Shown here: one piece after another, positions 1 to 7,838 of the stretch
Position numbering within the stretch: the first letter of the stretch is position 1
Layout: every line of letters begins with the position of its first letter
DNA from: a virus
Taxonomy: Duplodnaviria; Caudoviricetes
DNA: 64,000 nucleotides
IMG/VR virus record: IMGVR_UViG_3300028392_000067
Location: 512 to 64,511 of that record
Strand: one strand, 5' to 3'
The notes under the pieces: model-generated
The model's input: only the letters and a program-made list of their open reading frames with translations
Told to the model about the DNA's origin: nothing
Databases searched by the model: none
Translations under genes and position numbers: made by a program

Positions 1-197
1 AACGTACATTTTTACAATGAATATTTTTATATTTTAGAAACAATTATAAACAATAAAAAATAAAAAAATGATTTCAATTTTAACCGCTTCTTTAATTGCT
101 TTCTTTACTGTTGTAGCAATTGCACTTTTTAAAACAATATTTCCAAAAACATCAAAAAAAATCAATAACACATTTTAAAACCTTTAATTTTTATCTT

Positions 198-398
198 ATG
201 CAAAATTTAATCAATTCCCTAACTATTTTCGACATCGTTTTATTTAGTACCTTTTTTATTGGTATGAATGTAATTTTTTACAAGCTTATTAAAGACGTAT
301 TAAACAGCAACAAAGCAAAGTTTTTAGGCGTTTTAAGTATTTTAGCTCTTGATGTTTTGGCCGTTGCTATCCTTTACGCTAATTTTTTAAATATTTAA
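198..398 (+). CDS. small early membrane protein (2 predicted TM helices)
   Basis: ATG at 198 after an A/T-rich leader (the track's 120 start is probably too long); two hydrophobic stretches. Confidence 0.55.
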   Translation: MQNLINSLTIFDIVLFSTFFIGMNVIFYKLIKDVLNSNKAKFLGVLSILALDVLAVAILYANFLNI

Positions 399-423
399 TA
401 AAAACCTTTTAAACCTTAACACA

Positions 424-1266
424 ATGAAAAAAGTATTTTCAAATGCTGATTTGGCACACACTTACGCCCAACAAACACAAAACGAGGGGCGAAATTCAAA
501 CGGTTCATTCAAATTTTATGGCCGTACCTTGTATTCATACGGCTCTCACTTTGCCATTTGTAATTTTGTAACCAACGAACAAGCCGAAACAAAACTTTTG
601 TTCACTTTACGCACTTATTCAAATACAACGGCAAAGCAAATAAGATTGGCCGAAAATGCGACTAGTCAATATCAAAAAATTTATTGCCACTATCCAACGG
701 GGACACATTCCGAAAATTTCAACGCCCTATTAAGAGAGGCGGAGCAATCAGCAACAAAGCTACAAAAGGCCAAAAAACCCGAAATTTATCTAAATGAATT
801 GGGACGAGTGGCAAACCTTGCGACAAAATACGCCCAATTTTTTGGAATTGAAATACCCGAAACTTTGCAAAAGGTGGTTAGTATTAAAGATAAGGCCGAA
901 AATATCGCATATTTAGCCGACAAAAACGCCCTTTTATTAATAGAGAATAAAAGAGAGGCAAAAGAGGCTAAAATTAAATTTAAAGAGAACTTTAAAAAGT
1001 GGCTTTCATTCGAAACGCCCTATTTATATGGCCGTTTAAATTTTGACTTTTTGAGATTAAACAGCGAACGAATAGACACCACGCAAGGCGTACAAATTCC
1101 CACCGAATTAGGCAAAAGATTGTATCAAAAAATAAAAACCGATAATTTAAAAGTGGGGGATAAAGTTTTGAATTTTGAGGTTAACGAGGTAGGCGAAAAA
1201 ATTAAAATAGGTTGCCACACCTTTACAAAGCGTTATTTGTTACAATTCGGGGCAAAATTAGCTTAA
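424..1266 (+). CDS. early phage protein, unknown function (host-takeover region)
   Basis: 280-aa ORF with LYSYGSHF...YSNTTAKQ motifs of a kind seen in phage early proteins; leader AAACCTTAACACAATG. Confidence 0.7.
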   Translation: MKKVFSNADLAHTYAQQTQNEGRNSNGSFKFYGRTLYSYGSHFAICNFVTNEQAETKLLFTLRTYSNTTAKQIRLAENATSQYQKIYCHYPTGTHSENFNALLREAEQSATKLQKAKKPEIYLNELGRVANLATKYAQFFGIEIPETLQKVVSIKDKAENIAYLADKNALLLIENKREAKEAKIKFKENFKKWLSFETPYLYGRLNFDFLRLNSERIDTTQGVQIPTELGKRLYQKIKTDNLKVGDKVLNFEVNEVGEKIKIGCHTFTKRYLLQFGAKLA

Positions 1267-1289
1267 TTTTTAAATTAATTTTTACCCCT

Positions 1290-1330
1290 CTCCCATCGTT
1301 CAAGACGTGGCATTCAATTGCAAATGGGAG
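1290..1330 (+). ncRNA. 41-nt structured intergenic element, copy 1 (three-way junction, T-loop-like hairpin)
   Basis: CTCCCAT/ATGGGAG outer stem; CGT-TCAAG-ACG and GCA-TTCAAT-TGC hairpins; covaries with the copy at 1817. Confidence 0.55.
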
Positions 1331-1361
1331 CTAATTTTTTTTAACCATAAAACCTAACAAA

Positions 1362-1805
1362 ATGAAACGAAGCACAAAGCAAATAATTTGCACAATTGAA
1401 AACAGCTATTACAAATTAAACGTAGGCAAAAAAGCCATATTAAAAAAAGATTATTTTTATAATGGAGAGGGGTGGTATCGTGGAACATGGGAGGACGGCT
1501 CAAAATTTGAGGCTCCCTCTATTTTTTTTGATGATGTTGAGCAATATGACAATAAAATGATTTTAACAAGCAAAGAGGCTTCAAATGATGGCAATATTTA
1601 TACATACGAAACGGAGGGAAAAGATTATTTAGTGAGCTTTAAAATGCACCCTAAAAAGGCTTTTTGCTTTGCTGTTATTGATAACCCGCAATCCTTAAAA
1701 AACACAATTTTAAACGATATTTTTGACGCTTTTATAAAGCAAGGTATAAAACAAAAAGATTACAAAGGCGGTTTTAATGAAGCCGTAAGCGTTCTAAATT
1801 TTTAA
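1362..1805 (+). CDS. hypothetical early protein
   Basis: 147-aa ORF with A-rich leader. Confidence 0.6.
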   Translation: MKRSTKQIICTIENSYYKLNVGKKAILKKDYFYNGEGWYRGTWEDGSKFEAPSIFFDDVEQYDNKMILTSKEASNDGNIYTYETEGKDYLVSFKMHPKKAFCFAVIDNPQSLKNTILNDIFDAFIKQGIKQKDYKGGFNEAVSVLNF

Positions 1806-1816
1806 TTTTTACCCTC

Positions 1817-1860
1817 CGCCCATCGGTTAGGCCGTTGCATTCAATTGCGAATGGGTGCCA
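1817..1860 (+). ncRNA. 41-nt structured intergenic element, copy 2, followed by CCA
   Basis: CGCCCAT/ATGGGTG stem; CGG-TTAGG-CCG and GCA-TTCAAT-TGC hairpins; CCA at 1858-1860. Confidence 0.55.
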
Positions 1861-1886
1861 ATTTTTTAAACCTTTAACCCCTTTTT

Positions 1887-2111
1887 ATGTATTTAATTAC
1901 ATGGGAAACGGCAAATTTTCAATTTTGCTATGTTTCACAATCTCAAAGCCTTGCACCATTGCGCAAAGCATGGGCAAAACATTGCCAACAAACGCAAGCC
2001 GAAAAAAACTATTTAAACCAACACAAAGACGCTGTTAAGATCCTAAAAATTGAATTTAACAGGGTTTACCGAGATTATGAACAAACCGCCTTTTTTAATC
2101 CTGTTATTTAA
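1887..2111 (+). CDS. hypothetical early protein
   Basis: 74-aa ORF, ATG after AAACCTTTAACC leader. Confidence 0.5.
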   Translation: MYLITWETANFQFCYVSQSQSLAPLRKAWAKHCQQTQAEKNYLNQHKDAVKILKIEFNRVYRDYEQTAFFNPVI

Positions 2112-2206
2112 AATGATCACCTTTTGCGCTTGTCCTGGTTTGTCCTGGTTAAATAAAAAAATACAAAAAAAATAATATTTTAACACTTTTTTAAGGATCA
2201 TCTATT

Positions 2207-2214
2207 TATTTTTG
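2207..2214 (+). promoter_or_regulatory. Bacteroidota-type -7 promoter element (TAnnTTTG)
   Basis: TATTTTTG in an intergenic region upstream of an early gene run. Confidence 0.45.
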
Positions 2215-2237
2215 TTTGCCAAATGTAAACCAACATA

Positions 2238-2254
2238 AAACTATGTCGCACATT
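2238..2254 (+). promoter_or_regulatory. AAACTA-N3-CGCACATT motif, copy 1 of 4 (others at 2477-2493, 3687-3703, 5005-5021)
   Basis: 14 fixed bases identical in four copies at gene boundaries, all on the sense strand. Confidence 0.7.
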
Positions 2255-2298
2255 AAAAAATTTATTTTTATTTATAAAACCAAAAACAAAAAACACTT

Positions 2299-2466
2299 AT
2301 GAAAAAAATCAACCAACTAAAAAGCCAAATCAAAGCTTTAAACACCCGAATTAAGACGGGTAAAGTAAAAAACTTGTACGCTGTCCAGAACAAGGTTAAA
2401 ACCCTTAAAATGACGCTACAAATTGAGATTGATAACTATAATTGGGAAAACTACCTTTCAAACTAA
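2299..2466 (+). CDS. small basic coiled-coil protein (55 aa, not in ORF track)
   Basis: ATG 2299 to TAA 2466, MKKINQLKSQIKALN...; AAAACCAAAAAC leader. Confidence 0.55.
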   Translation: MKKINQLKSQIKALNTRIKTGKVKNLYAVQNKVKTLKMTLQIEIDNYNWENYLSN

Positions 2467-2526
2467 AAACAGTTTTAAACTAGAACGCACATTTATAAAT
2501 TAAAAAACTTTTTAAAATTAAATTTT

Positions 2527-2709
2527 ATGCAACAAAAAATTAAAGTGGGTACAAAAGTATATGTATTATTAGATGGTTTTAAACTATTACGAACTATTAA
2601 CTATTCAAGTAATAACATATTTGAATGGAAAAAAGGATGGGCCTATATTAAGGACATTAAAATAAACCCTGATACAAAAAGTAAAGTAAAATATATTATA
2701 AACAATTAA
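2527..2709 (+). CDS. hypothetical protein
   Basis: 60-aa ORF in tightly packed early run. Confidence 0.5.
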   Translation: MQQKIKVGTKVYVLLDGFKLLRTINYSSNNIFEWKKGWAYIKDIKINPDTKSKVKYIINN

Positions 2710-2719
2710 ATTAAATTTT

Positions 2720-3043
2720 ATGCAAAACAAAAAAAACACAATTAGCTACATTAAAAAACTTATCAAAGAAAATGGTAGTTTTTCAATTTCCGAATTTGAT
2801 GGTATTGCTTGTTTACCTGCAGTAAACGAAATGGGTAAATTAGTAGCATTGGCCGAATATTTTTATCCTGATCGTGTAATGGTGAATATTTACGATCCTA
2901 ATAGCTTTTCAGGCGATCCAATTGGCGATCCTTACTATTTACCTTATGAAGAATTAAGCCCTGATCTATTGGCCGAAATTGAACTTTTATGCGACAATAT
3001 GGATGCCGATAATTGGCAAACTCAAAAAAGAATTTCAAACTAA
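2720..3043 (+). CDS. hypothetical protein
   Basis: 107-aa ORF. Confidence 0.6.
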   Translation: MQNKKNTISYIKKLIKENGSFSISEFDGIACLPAVNEMGKLVALAEYFYPDRVMVNIYDPNSFSGDPIGDPYYLPYEELSPDLLAEIELLCDNMDADNWQTQKRISN

Positions 3044-3063
3044 AAACAATTAAATTAAATTTT

Positions 3064-3693
3064 ATGAAAATTTTAGTAGCCTGTGAAGAATCACAAGCAA
3101 TTACAAAAGAATTTAGGGCATTAGGTCATGAGGCTTATTCTTGTGATATTTTGCCTTGTAGTGGTGGTCATCCCGAATGGCATTTACAAGGGGATGTATT
3201 TAACTTTGTTAATCAAGGGTGGGATCTTATGGTGGCTCATCCTCCTTGTACTTATTTGTCTGTTAGCGGGGCTAGGCACATGTATAACAAGGATGGAAGC
3301 GTAAACCAGGATAGGGCTAAAAATCAATTAGAAGCCCTAAATTTTGTTCAAAAATTGATGGAAGTGAATATACCTAGGATTGCTATTGAAAACCCTGTTT
3401 CGGTCATATCTAGCAAGATAAAAAAACCCGATCAAATAATACAGCCTTGGATGTTTGGGGATGAAGCCACAAAAACAACTTGCTTATGGCTCAAAAATTT
3501 GCCACACTTAACACCTACCAATATAGTAGGTAAAGGGGAGAGAACAATTTTTAAAAGTGGTAAAAGTCATCCTAAATGGTATGCGGACGCACTTGCAAAT
3601 GCAAAGACTCCCGAAGAAAGGCGTACATTGAGAAGCAAAACATTTAATGGGATTGCCAAAGCTATTGCTCATCAATGGACAAATATAAACTAG
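3064..3693 (+). CDS. phage DNA cytosine methyltransferase-like protein (atypical family)
   Basis: MKILVACEES SAM-binding-like start, AHPPCT catalytic-type PC motif, IENP motif, terminal RSKTFxGIAxA; likely start ATG 3064. Confidence 0.75.
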   Translation: MKILVACEESQAITKEFRALGHEAYSCDILPCSGGHPEWHLQGDVFNFVNQGWDLMVAHPPCTYLSVSGARHMYNKDGSVNQDRAKNQLEALNFVQKLMEVNIPRIAIENPVSVISSKIKKPDQIIQPWMFGDEATKTTCLWLKNLPHLTPTNIVGKGERTIFKSGKSHPKWYADALANAKTPEERRTLRSKTFNGIAKAIAHQWTNIN

Positions 3694-3733
3694 GTCGCAC
3701 ATTAACAAACTTAAACCTTTTAAAAATTACTTT

Positions 3734-3910
3734 ATGACAACTTTAAACTTATACCCCGATGACTTTGCAAAATGGCATGATTGGACAGCCGTTTGCGATC
3801 AATTGAATATTCCGCATAACTCAACCTCAGTGGAACTAAAAATTAGTAAAATACATTACGAGGAGGAGGGTAATTCCCTAGACTTTTACGGGGATAAAGA
3901 GGATAATTAG
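3734..3910 (+). CDS. small acidic hypothetical protein (58 aa, not in track)
   Basis: ATG 3734 to TAG 3910. Confidence 0.45.
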   Translation: MTTLNLYPDDFAKWHDWTAVCDQLNIPHNSTSVELKISKIHYEEEGNSLDFYGDKEDN

Positions 3911-3950
3911 TTAATTTAATTAATTATTTTGCTCAAAACAAAATTAATAT

Positions 3951-3958
3951 TACCTTTG
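3951..3958 (+). promoter_or_regulatory. Bacteroidota-type promoter (-7 TACCTTTG; TTTG at 3928-3931)
   Basis: consensus match ~20 nt upstream of ATG 3979. Confidence 0.6.
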
Positions 3959-3978
3959 TTTTTCTAAACCAAAACACT

Positions 3979-4110
3979 ATGAAAAAAATTCTTTTTCGGG
4001 GATTAGGCTTTGCGTACTTCTTTTTTGTATGCGTCCCCCTTGCTTGTACCTTATTGTTAATCGGGCAGACTGCCTATGAAATTACAAGACTATGGAAAAA
4101 AACATTATAA
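3979..4110 (+). CDS. small membrane protein (43 aa, not in track)
   Basis: MKKILFRGLGFAYFFFVCVPLACTLLLIG...; AAACCAAAACACT leader. Confidence 0.45.
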   Translation: MKKILFRGLGFAYFFFVCVPLACTLLLIGQTAYEITRLWKKTL

Positions 4111-4340
4111 CACTATGCGATGACAATGGCTTTGAGATTGTGGCCCAGTACATAATTGGGCACACTGAATCACAAATCGAACAAGGACATGGCCTACATC
4201 AAGTAGGGGATTGTGATTATATCGAACTCATTAGTTTGGAAGTTTATTTTTGCCAACAAGGGATTGATATTGCCCATAGATTGAGTGAAAAACAATTTAC
4301 CGACATAGAAAAACTTATTTTAGAATCAATTAAAAACTAA
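4092..4340 (+). CDS. hypothetical protein
   Basis: 82-aa ORF. Confidence 0.55.
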   Translation: MEKNIITLCDDNGFEIVAQYIIGHTESQIEQGHGLHQVGDCDYIELISLEVYFCQQGIDIAHRLSEKQFTDIEKLILESIKN

Positions 4341-4344
4341 ACAA

Positions 4345-4620
4345 ATGGAAACACCAATTTCGAGGCTTATAAATGCCTTTGAGAGAGCAATTGAGGGTAT
4401 GTCTAGTACCCCCGACAATATAGTTAGAAACACGACCATTGAATGCATGGAATTATCAAAAGTATTTTTATATTATGAGGAAAAAGCAATTGAGCAGGCT
4501 TTTACCGATGGAGAACAAAATGTATGTGATAGGGATAGAGATGAACATTATTTTGAATACGAAGGAGGAAAAGATTATTTTAATAAAAACTATAAAACCA
4601 ACAATTATGGCAAAGTATGA
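4345..4620 (+). CDS. hypothetical protein, paralogous to 6145 and 6449
   Basis: shares EK..I..AF.DG and (D/E)Y(F/Y)N pattern with the MKTAMQELIE proteins. Confidence 0.6.
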   Translation: METPISRLINAFERAIEGMSSTPDNIVRNTTIECMELSKVFLYYEEKAIEQAFTDGEQNVCDRDRDEHYFEYEGGKDYFNKNYKTNNYGKV

Positions 4621-4807
4621 ATTAGTAAAAGAAACAGAAATCAATGGGAAAGTATGGTATCACATTACAAAAGATGAACTACATGTCAACGAATCATGGA
4701 CAAGAAGTTTAGAAGAAGCAAGTGAATTACTTAATGAGCTTGCGAAAGGGAAACCTAGTGAAAAAATTATTGAAATCATTAAAACAATTGAAACAGATGA
4801 AAACTAA
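4607..4807 (+). CDS. hypothetical protein
   Basis: likely start MAKYELVK at 4607. Confidence 0.5.
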   Translation: MAKYELVKETEINGKVWYHITKDELHVNESWTRSLEEASELLNELAKGKPSEKIIEIIKTIETDEN

Positions 4808-5000
4808 ACAGATTAGTATTAGGGAATACGTAGCTACAATTGATCCTAATTACTTTAGAATATCAAACAAACATCCCGACTCACCCGTAACAAGGCAAGC
4901 AATTAAGTATCGTATTAAAAAAAATATGAAATTACCAGAAGTCGTAAAGTATGATAAAATTGGTAAAGTTCATGTTCTTACTGTAACAGCAGATTTTTAA
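4797..5000 (+). CDS. small putative DNA-binding protein
   Basis: VTRQAIKYRIKK resembles an HTH recognition helix; likely start 4797. Confidence 0.4.
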   Translation: MKTKQISIREYVATIDPNYFRISNKHPDSPVTRQAIKYRIKKNMKLPEVVKYDKIGKVHVLTVTADF

Positions 5001-5035
5001 CTTTAAACTATAACGCACATTAAAAAAATTAAATT

Positions 5036-5275
5036 ATGACAAAACAATCAATTAGCGAACAAGTATTGGGAACCCCAATTGAACCTCAAAATTTTACCAC
5101 ATTTGCTGAATTTACACCTTATGAAAGGCAAATGATTATAGCTGAATTATATCATAATGCATGGTATGATCAGGAAAGATTTGAGGAAATGTATGATTTA
5201 TATAATAAGTGGGCCAATAACCCAATAACAAATAGAAAATTTATATTACCATTAACTGAAAATCAAAATGACTAA
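5036..5275 (+). CDS. hypothetical protein
   Basis: 79-aa ORF. Confidence 0.55.
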   Translation: MTKQSISEQVLGTPIEPQNFTTFAEFTPYERQMIIAELYHNAWYDQERFEEMYDLYNKWANNPITNRKFILPLTENQND

Positions 5276-5450
5276 AAATAAATATGAAATGGGGCAAAAT
5301 TATATTCTTAATTTAGAAAATGAAACTTTGCGAGAAAAGGTTAAAAAATTAATTGCAGATTATAAAGAATTAAAAAATGAGTATGATAAAAGGGAAGCCG
5401 AAAGGTTGGTACAACTTGAAGGGGAAAATGCAATTATTCAAGAGCGGTAA
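5268..5450 (+). CDS. small coiled-coil protein
   Basis: 60-aa ORF overlapping the previous stop. Confidence 0.45.
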   Translation: MTKNKYEMGQNYILNLENETLREKVKKLIADYKELKNEYDKREAERLVQLEGENAIIQER

Positions 5451-5597
5451 GCTAATTAGGGAATACACGTTTCATAATGTATATCATAGGAGAATAATAT
5501 TAAATATATGGAACGCAGAAGTAAAACCAAATGGGATTGATACTTATGAATTAATTATTAAACTAGATTAAAAAATCAGTATAAATACTTATAATTA

Positions 5598-5615
5598 TTA
5601 ATTTAATTAAATTAA
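5598..5615. promoter_or_regulatory. 18-bp perfect palindrome TTAATTTAATTAAATTAA (putative operator); exact copies at 12821-12838 and 49738-49755
   Basis: three exact and several partial copies, all intergenic. Confidence 0.55.
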
Positions 5616-5646
5616 TTTTACATTATTAAACCAAAACAAATAAACT

Positions 5647-6141
5647 ATGAAAACATTTAAAGAACTATTTGCTGGTACTGGAATAGAACCAACAACAGAT
5701 GAAAATGGTGGTGTGCATTACAATTTTAATGCTACATTAAAAACAAACGCAGAAGCTTCTGACAAAGCTGTTCTATTAACACCAAAAGGTACATTAACAA
5801 TAGGAGAAGAGTATTCAAGTCCTTCTATATCATTCTATAAAAATAATGAAGTTGAAGATGTGATTACTATTAAATACACTAAGTTTATGTATAAGGGTAA
5901 AGAAGTAAAAGATTTGCAGACCATTTATGATATAATTAAATCATTAACCTCAATAGAACTACCAAGTGATTTAAAAGATTTTCACAAATGGATAGAAGAT
6001 AATGAGTGGTACTTTAATCCAATATCTTTCAATGGTGTTATTCAATATAGATGGGTTAAAGAATTTTGGATTGGTCAAGAAACTACTGATAAATTGTATG
6101 AAATTTATATTGAAGAACAAATACTTAACCAAAACAAATAA
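5647..6141 (+). CDS. hypothetical protein
   Basis: 164-aa ORF flanked by AACCAAAACAAATAA direct repeats. Confidence 0.6.
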   Translation: MKTFKELFAGTGIEPTTDENGGVHYNFNATLKTNAEASDKAVLLTPKGTLTIGEEYSSPSISFYKNNEVEDVITIKYTKFMYKGKEVKDLQTIYDIIKSLTSIELPSDLKDFHKWIEDNEWYFNPISFNGVIQYRWVKEFWIGQETTDKLYEIYIEEQILNQNK

Positions 6142-6144
6142 CTT

Positions 6145-6342
6145 ATGAAAACAGCAATGCAAGAATTAATTGAATATTTACAAGAAGAATTTACTAAACA
6201 TAAAATTCCTTTAGTAATTGATGCAAAGTACTTTTTGGATAAAGAAAAAGTTCAGACAATTAGAGATTTTAAAAGTGGGTGCAAGTCTGAGCCATTTTTA
6301 TGTGAAGCCTACTACAACAAAACTTATACCCAAAACAAATAA
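6145..6342 (+). CDS. MKTAMQELIE-family small protein, copy 1
   Basis: first 10 residues identical to those of 6449. Confidence 0.6.
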   Translation: MKTAMQELIEYLQEEFTKHKIPLVIDAKYFLDKEKVQTIRDFKSGCKSEPFLCEAYYNKTYTQNK

Positions 6343-6448
6343 TTAAGAGGAGATAAAAATCGGAGGATGATATTCGTATCAGTTTAGTAAGTCAGAGTTG
6401 GCAAGGACTTCCGATAATGCAACACCTCACTTTTAAACAAAAAAACCT

Positions 6449-6688
6449 ATGAAAACAGCAATGCAAGAATTAATTGAAGAAATGGAATATTGTTATAAAG
6501 ATCATAATATTTTTTTAAAATCTGCTATTGGAAAAGCTAAAAAACTACTTGAAATAGAAAAAGAGCAGATACAAAAAGCCTTTTCAGATGGTCAAGAAAT
6601 ACCAATAAACCATCCTACTTTACCACATTATAGTAGAGAGGAATATTATAATGACAAATTTATAGTAGAAAATCGTTTTCAAGATTAA
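6449..6688 (+). CDS. MKTAMQELIE-family small protein, copy 2
   Basis: paralog of 6145 and 4345. Confidence 0.6.
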   Translation: MKTAMQELIEEMEYCYKDHNIFLKSAIGKAKKLLEIEKEQIQKAFSDGQEIPINHPTLPHYSREEYYNDKFIVENRFQD

Positions 6689-6855
6689 TTCAAAGAAATA
6701 ACATCAACATCGCCATCCGGCAACATATCTACTTCATGAACCATTACAACCTCAATTCCTTTGAATTGATTAAGTACTTCCAATAAAGATTCGGCATAGA
6801 CCAATTTAGTTAGGTTTATGCCGTTTTTTTTAAAATATACTCGGTATGCTTTCAT
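6685..6855 (-). CDS. hypothetical protein, last gene of leftward late run
   Basis: likely start MKAYRVYF at 6855; stop overlaps the convergent gene (TTAA). Confidence 0.45.
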   Translation of the reverse strand: MKAYRVYFKKNGINLTKLVYAESLLEVLNQFKGIEVVMVHEVDMLPDGDVDVISLN

Positions 6856-7252
6856 CAGTAGGTTTTTGAGAACTTGATATAAATTTAGCGAATTTCTTTT
6901 TAGCATCCTCGCACTTGCTATAAAGATACTGAACTAGGTATGCTTCATTCTCATCATTATCTACATCTAGTTTAATGCCTCTTTTTGAGTATATAAAGTT
7001 TTTGGCATGGATTATTTCATGGAACATAAATTCAGTGGCAAAATTGCCCTCTGTTGGCAGGCAAATGTAAATATCATCTTTGTATATTAAACATAAGGCA
7101 GCAGCCGTTTTTGCATAGTTATCTTTGTTATCATCTAACTCAAATATCTTATCGGAAACCATGTCGGACATTTTAGGCGCAACCATTATTTTAATAGTAA
7201 CGTAAAACGTTGGTATCTTATAAGTATAAGTCTTATATGGCTTATGCTTCAT
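6830..7252 (-). CDS. putative zincin-like metallopeptidase-fold protein
   Basis: HEIIH motif followed by ENEAY. Confidence 0.55.
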   Translation of the reverse strand: MKHKPYKTYTYKIPTFYVTIKIMVAPKMSDMVSDKIFELDDNKDNYAKTAAALCLIYKDDIYICLPTEGNFATEFMFHEIIHAKNFIYSKRGIKLDVDNDENEAYLVQYLYSKCEDAKKKFAKFISSSQKPTDESIPSIF

Positions 7253-7838
7253 GGCTTATTCTTTTGAATTTATAACCACCCGTATGATTTCTTCTTCCAT
7301 TTAAAACTGCCGATACTCTAGTTGCAGTTACATTTAATTTTTCAGCGCAATCTCTAATACCTTCATATTGCCCCAAATAAACCCCATCCTTGAATACTTG
7401 GATGTAACCCTTAAAGTTCTTACATCTTACCCCAGTAATGCCAAAAGCGGGGTTCTTTTGCCCTTTTCTGTTCATTAATAGCTCCATTAAGGCATCACTA
7501 TTCTTTCTTCCTTTGTTAACCTTGCTAATCTTATCTCTTGCTTCTTGGCTTGGGTTTATGGTTCCATCCCCTCCATTAGTCAAATTAGCTAAAGTACCAT
7601 TACCTAAATCAATTCTACCATACAATTTTATAAACTCAATTTCTTTTAATTTTGCTTCATCATAAGTAATATCATCAAATAGTATTTCAATTTCATAATC
7701 AGATTTGGCAACTATTTTTTTCCAAATATTGTTTCTTCTGGCTTTTTCATTTGCTCTTTTATTAGTCATATCGCTTCCTATACCTATGTAAAATGGTTCG
7801 TTTTTATCAAGTCTAATATGTCTATAAACGTAAGCCAT
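7242..7838 (-). mobile_element. free-standing GIY-YIG-like homing endonuclease with NUMOD-type DNA-binding region
   Basis: YVY..FYIGIG, E...I..YG, NLTNGGDG; C-terminal GIRDCAEKL...GGYKFK. Confidence 0.75.

Noticed and set aside
2131-2150. Tandem 10-mer TGTCCTGGTT x2
   Set aside because: Only two copies with no recurrence elsewhere; too little to interpret
358-2975. Link between frequent TGGCCG and the YGGCCR specificity of M.EcoHK31I
   Set aside because: Shared subunit architecture does not imply shared target sequence; no evidence for the specificity
7242-7838. Homing endonucleases (also 21262-21804) as intron-encoded
   Set aside because: Neighbouring genes are intact and abut them directly, with no room for group I intron core structure; ordinary free-standing elements
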